Origin: Octopus sinensis
Lineage: Eukaryota
NCBI RefSeq assembly: GCF_006345805.1
Contig: NC_043014.1
Coordinates: 21,824,001-21,888,000 of the forward strand
Direction: 5' to 3'
DNA: 64,000 nucleotides
Both the position numbers and the translations under genes were made by a program. Below are positions 61,553 to 64,000 of the stretch, piece by piece (position 1 is the stretch's first letter; every line of letters starts with the position of its first letter). Under the pieces are notes generated by a model. The model was not told the DNA's origin. It did no database searches and saw only the letters and a list, made by a program, of their open reading frames with translations.

Positions 61553-63209
61553 TTTGTAAAAGACACCTGTACCAGTGACACCTAAAAGACTCCAAGTACA
61601 CTCTATAAAGAGGCTGGCATTAAGAAGAGCATCCTGCTGTAGAAAACTAGCCAAAACAGATGACCATTTAAGTCATAGCAGCATGGTAAACGGACCTTAA
61701 AAGAGGATGATACAGACACACACACACAACTTTTAATTATTCTTTCTGCTATAGGCACAAGGCCTGAAATATTGGGAGAGGGGGCAAGTCAATGACATCA
61801 ACCCCAGTGCCCAACTGGTACTTAATTTATAGAGCCCAAAAGAATGAAAGGCAGAGTCAACCTCAGCAGAATTTGAACTCAGAATGTAAAGACAGACAAA
61901 ATACTGCTAAGCATTTTGCCTGGCATGCTAACATTTCTGCCAGCTTTCTACCTTAAACAAATGAAATATCATAGGTACAATGGGGTGCTTATATATGAAC
62001 AAATCTTGAAATGAAGAAATTGAATAAAGAAGAATAAAGAAGGGTTTGTCTGAAGAAAATTGGTGCCACATGAAAGTAGTCATTCAAGTGCCAGGTAAAA
62101 GTGCCCATGCCAGTGGCACATAAAAGCACCTATCCCAGTGTCACTTAGAAGTGCCCATGCAGGTTATGTGGGTGTCAAATAAAAGTGCCTGTGCTAGTGT
62201 CATGTAAAAGTGCCTGAACAGGTGCCATGTAAAAGCATCCAGTACACCATAAAGTTTGGCATTAGGAAGGTCATCCAGATGTAGAAACCATGCCAAAGCA
62301 GACAAATTTCATTGCCTTTCATTTGTGTGTATGTGTATCTATGTGCATGCACAAGTGTGTATTAGTGTGCATGTGTGTGTGTGTGTCACTATTGAAGTCG
62401 TTCATGCAACTTGTTTGTGTGTATTGACTTAGTGGTATAGAATTTTTGGAAACTGTATATATGGTGCAAGTTTTGAGTACTTGTCAGTAACTTTTTCACA
62501 TCGTTTTCTAATAGTAATTACCCAACTTTCTAGGCTTTTCTCACAGCTATCCTGCATTCAAAAATTATACAGGTATTTAAAAAAATTCTCATTCAATAAA
62601 TAATGTTTTTACATTATGTATACATTGATAAAATAAACTGTCGGTTTTCCAAATAGTGAATTAAAACTTAAAAGACAAAGTGAGAGACTTTGCAAATGGA
62701 AATGGAATACTCTGCAGTGAATGCAATGAATATTTAAATTTGCTAGAAACTGGAGTTAAAAAAATTCAATAAACTTGAGAATTCAAAATTATAGGAAATT
62801 TCTTAGAATATTTCCAGATGGTCAACCCTTTAATAATTGCTTTCTTTTAGTAATTGTTTCATACCTAATTGATAAGCAGTATTCTCCATTATAATATTAT
62901 ATATATGTATGTATGTATTTATGTATGTAAGCATGCATGCCTGTACATATACAATTATGTGTTTGCTATTGATGAATGAAGAAATAAAATATCATATCAT
63001 GCCTTTATGTGGAGTTTGGATATGGCTTGAAAAGGGCTACCTCTATTTTTAAGTATTTCAATTACTCATGTAACAAACAATTTGGTCAATGAACAGAGCT
63101 CTGAAACAGTTGCATTCATATATAGAGACCCTGCTGTATGTGTATATTCTTATAATGGCAAGAAAAAAAAACATCTAAGGGCAGTTTTTCAGCTAGTATC
63201 ATATATTTT

Positions 63210-63626
63210 ATTTTTTAGTTGTTTCAGTCCTTAGGCTGTACCCATGCTGGAGCACCATCTTGAAGAGTTTACTGACCCCAGTACTTATTATTTTTTGTAA
63301 AGCCTGGTACTTATTCTAACGGTTTCTTTTGCCAAAGCACTATGTTACTAGGATGAAAACACACCAACACCAGTTATCAAGCAGTGGTGGAGGACAAACA
63401 CTGACACAGACACACACCCAAACAGATGTATGCATATGTATATATATATATTTATGTATACATATGACAGGCTTTTTTCAGTTTCTGTCTACCAAATCCA
63501 CTTAAAAGGCTTTGGTCAGCCCAATGCTATTGTAGAAGACACTTCACCAAGGTGCCATGCAGTGTGACTGAACCAGAAACCATATGGTTGTGAAACAAAC
63601 TTCTCACCACACAGCCACATTTGCAT
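63210..63626 (-). mobile_element. SINE family A, full length, degenerate
   Basis: Tail, microsatellite core and head in inverted order. Confidence 0.8.
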
Positions 63627-63644
63627 CTATGCATATGTAACATT

Positions 63645-64000
63645 TATCTGGTGGTCAATGAGGAAACTAGGGATAGATGAATGGTTATTGAGAGCTGTGC
63701 GAGCCATGTACAGAGACGCTGCAAGTAAGGTGAGGGTTAGCAACGAGTACAGTGAAGAATTCCGGGTAGAGGTTGGGGTCCACCAAGGTTCAGTCCTCAG
63801 TCCCCTCCTATTTATCATAGTCCTCCAGGCAATAACGGAGGAATTCAAGACAGGATGCCCCTGGGAGCTCCTCTATGCTAATGACCTTGCTCTAATTGCT
63901 GAGTCACTATCAGAACTGGAGGAGAAGTTTCAGGTGTGGAAGCAAGGATTAGAATTGAAGGGCCTTAAAATCAACCTAGCCAAAACCAAAGTCCTAATAA
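63645..64000 (+). mobile_element. 5'-truncated RTE LINE running off the window end
   Basis: Near-identical to 49388-49741 (IWWSMRKLGIDEW...GVHQGSVLSP...KTKVL). Confidence 0.95.

Overview
AT-rich, repeat-dense animal genomic DNA. The tRNA-headed SINE families, RTE LINEs with (CAT)n tails and long (TA)n/(TG)n arrays look like an octopus/cephalopod genome; this is inferred from repeat style, not from a search. Only one host coding segment is supportable: a signal-peptide-encoding first exon on the minus strand (7991-8092) resembling TMEM145, whose first intron runs off the left edge. The rest is a nested set of decayed mobile elements. These are RTE, CRE-like, CR1-like and Penelope retroelements, Tc1, mariner, Tigger/pogo and hAT remnants, a GGATC-ended MITE family with 8-bp TSDs and TTAGGG tracts, and many SINEs. 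The most striking unannotated signal is about 13 minimal type-I hammerhead ribozyme motifs from several sequence families. Several sit in small palindromic cassettes with outward-facing 3' ends inserted at (TA)n, and one pair lies behind a tRNA-like Pol III promoter in a Penelope terminal repeat. All motifs were read by eye; no folding, alignment or database search was run, and boundaries of degenerate elements are approximate.
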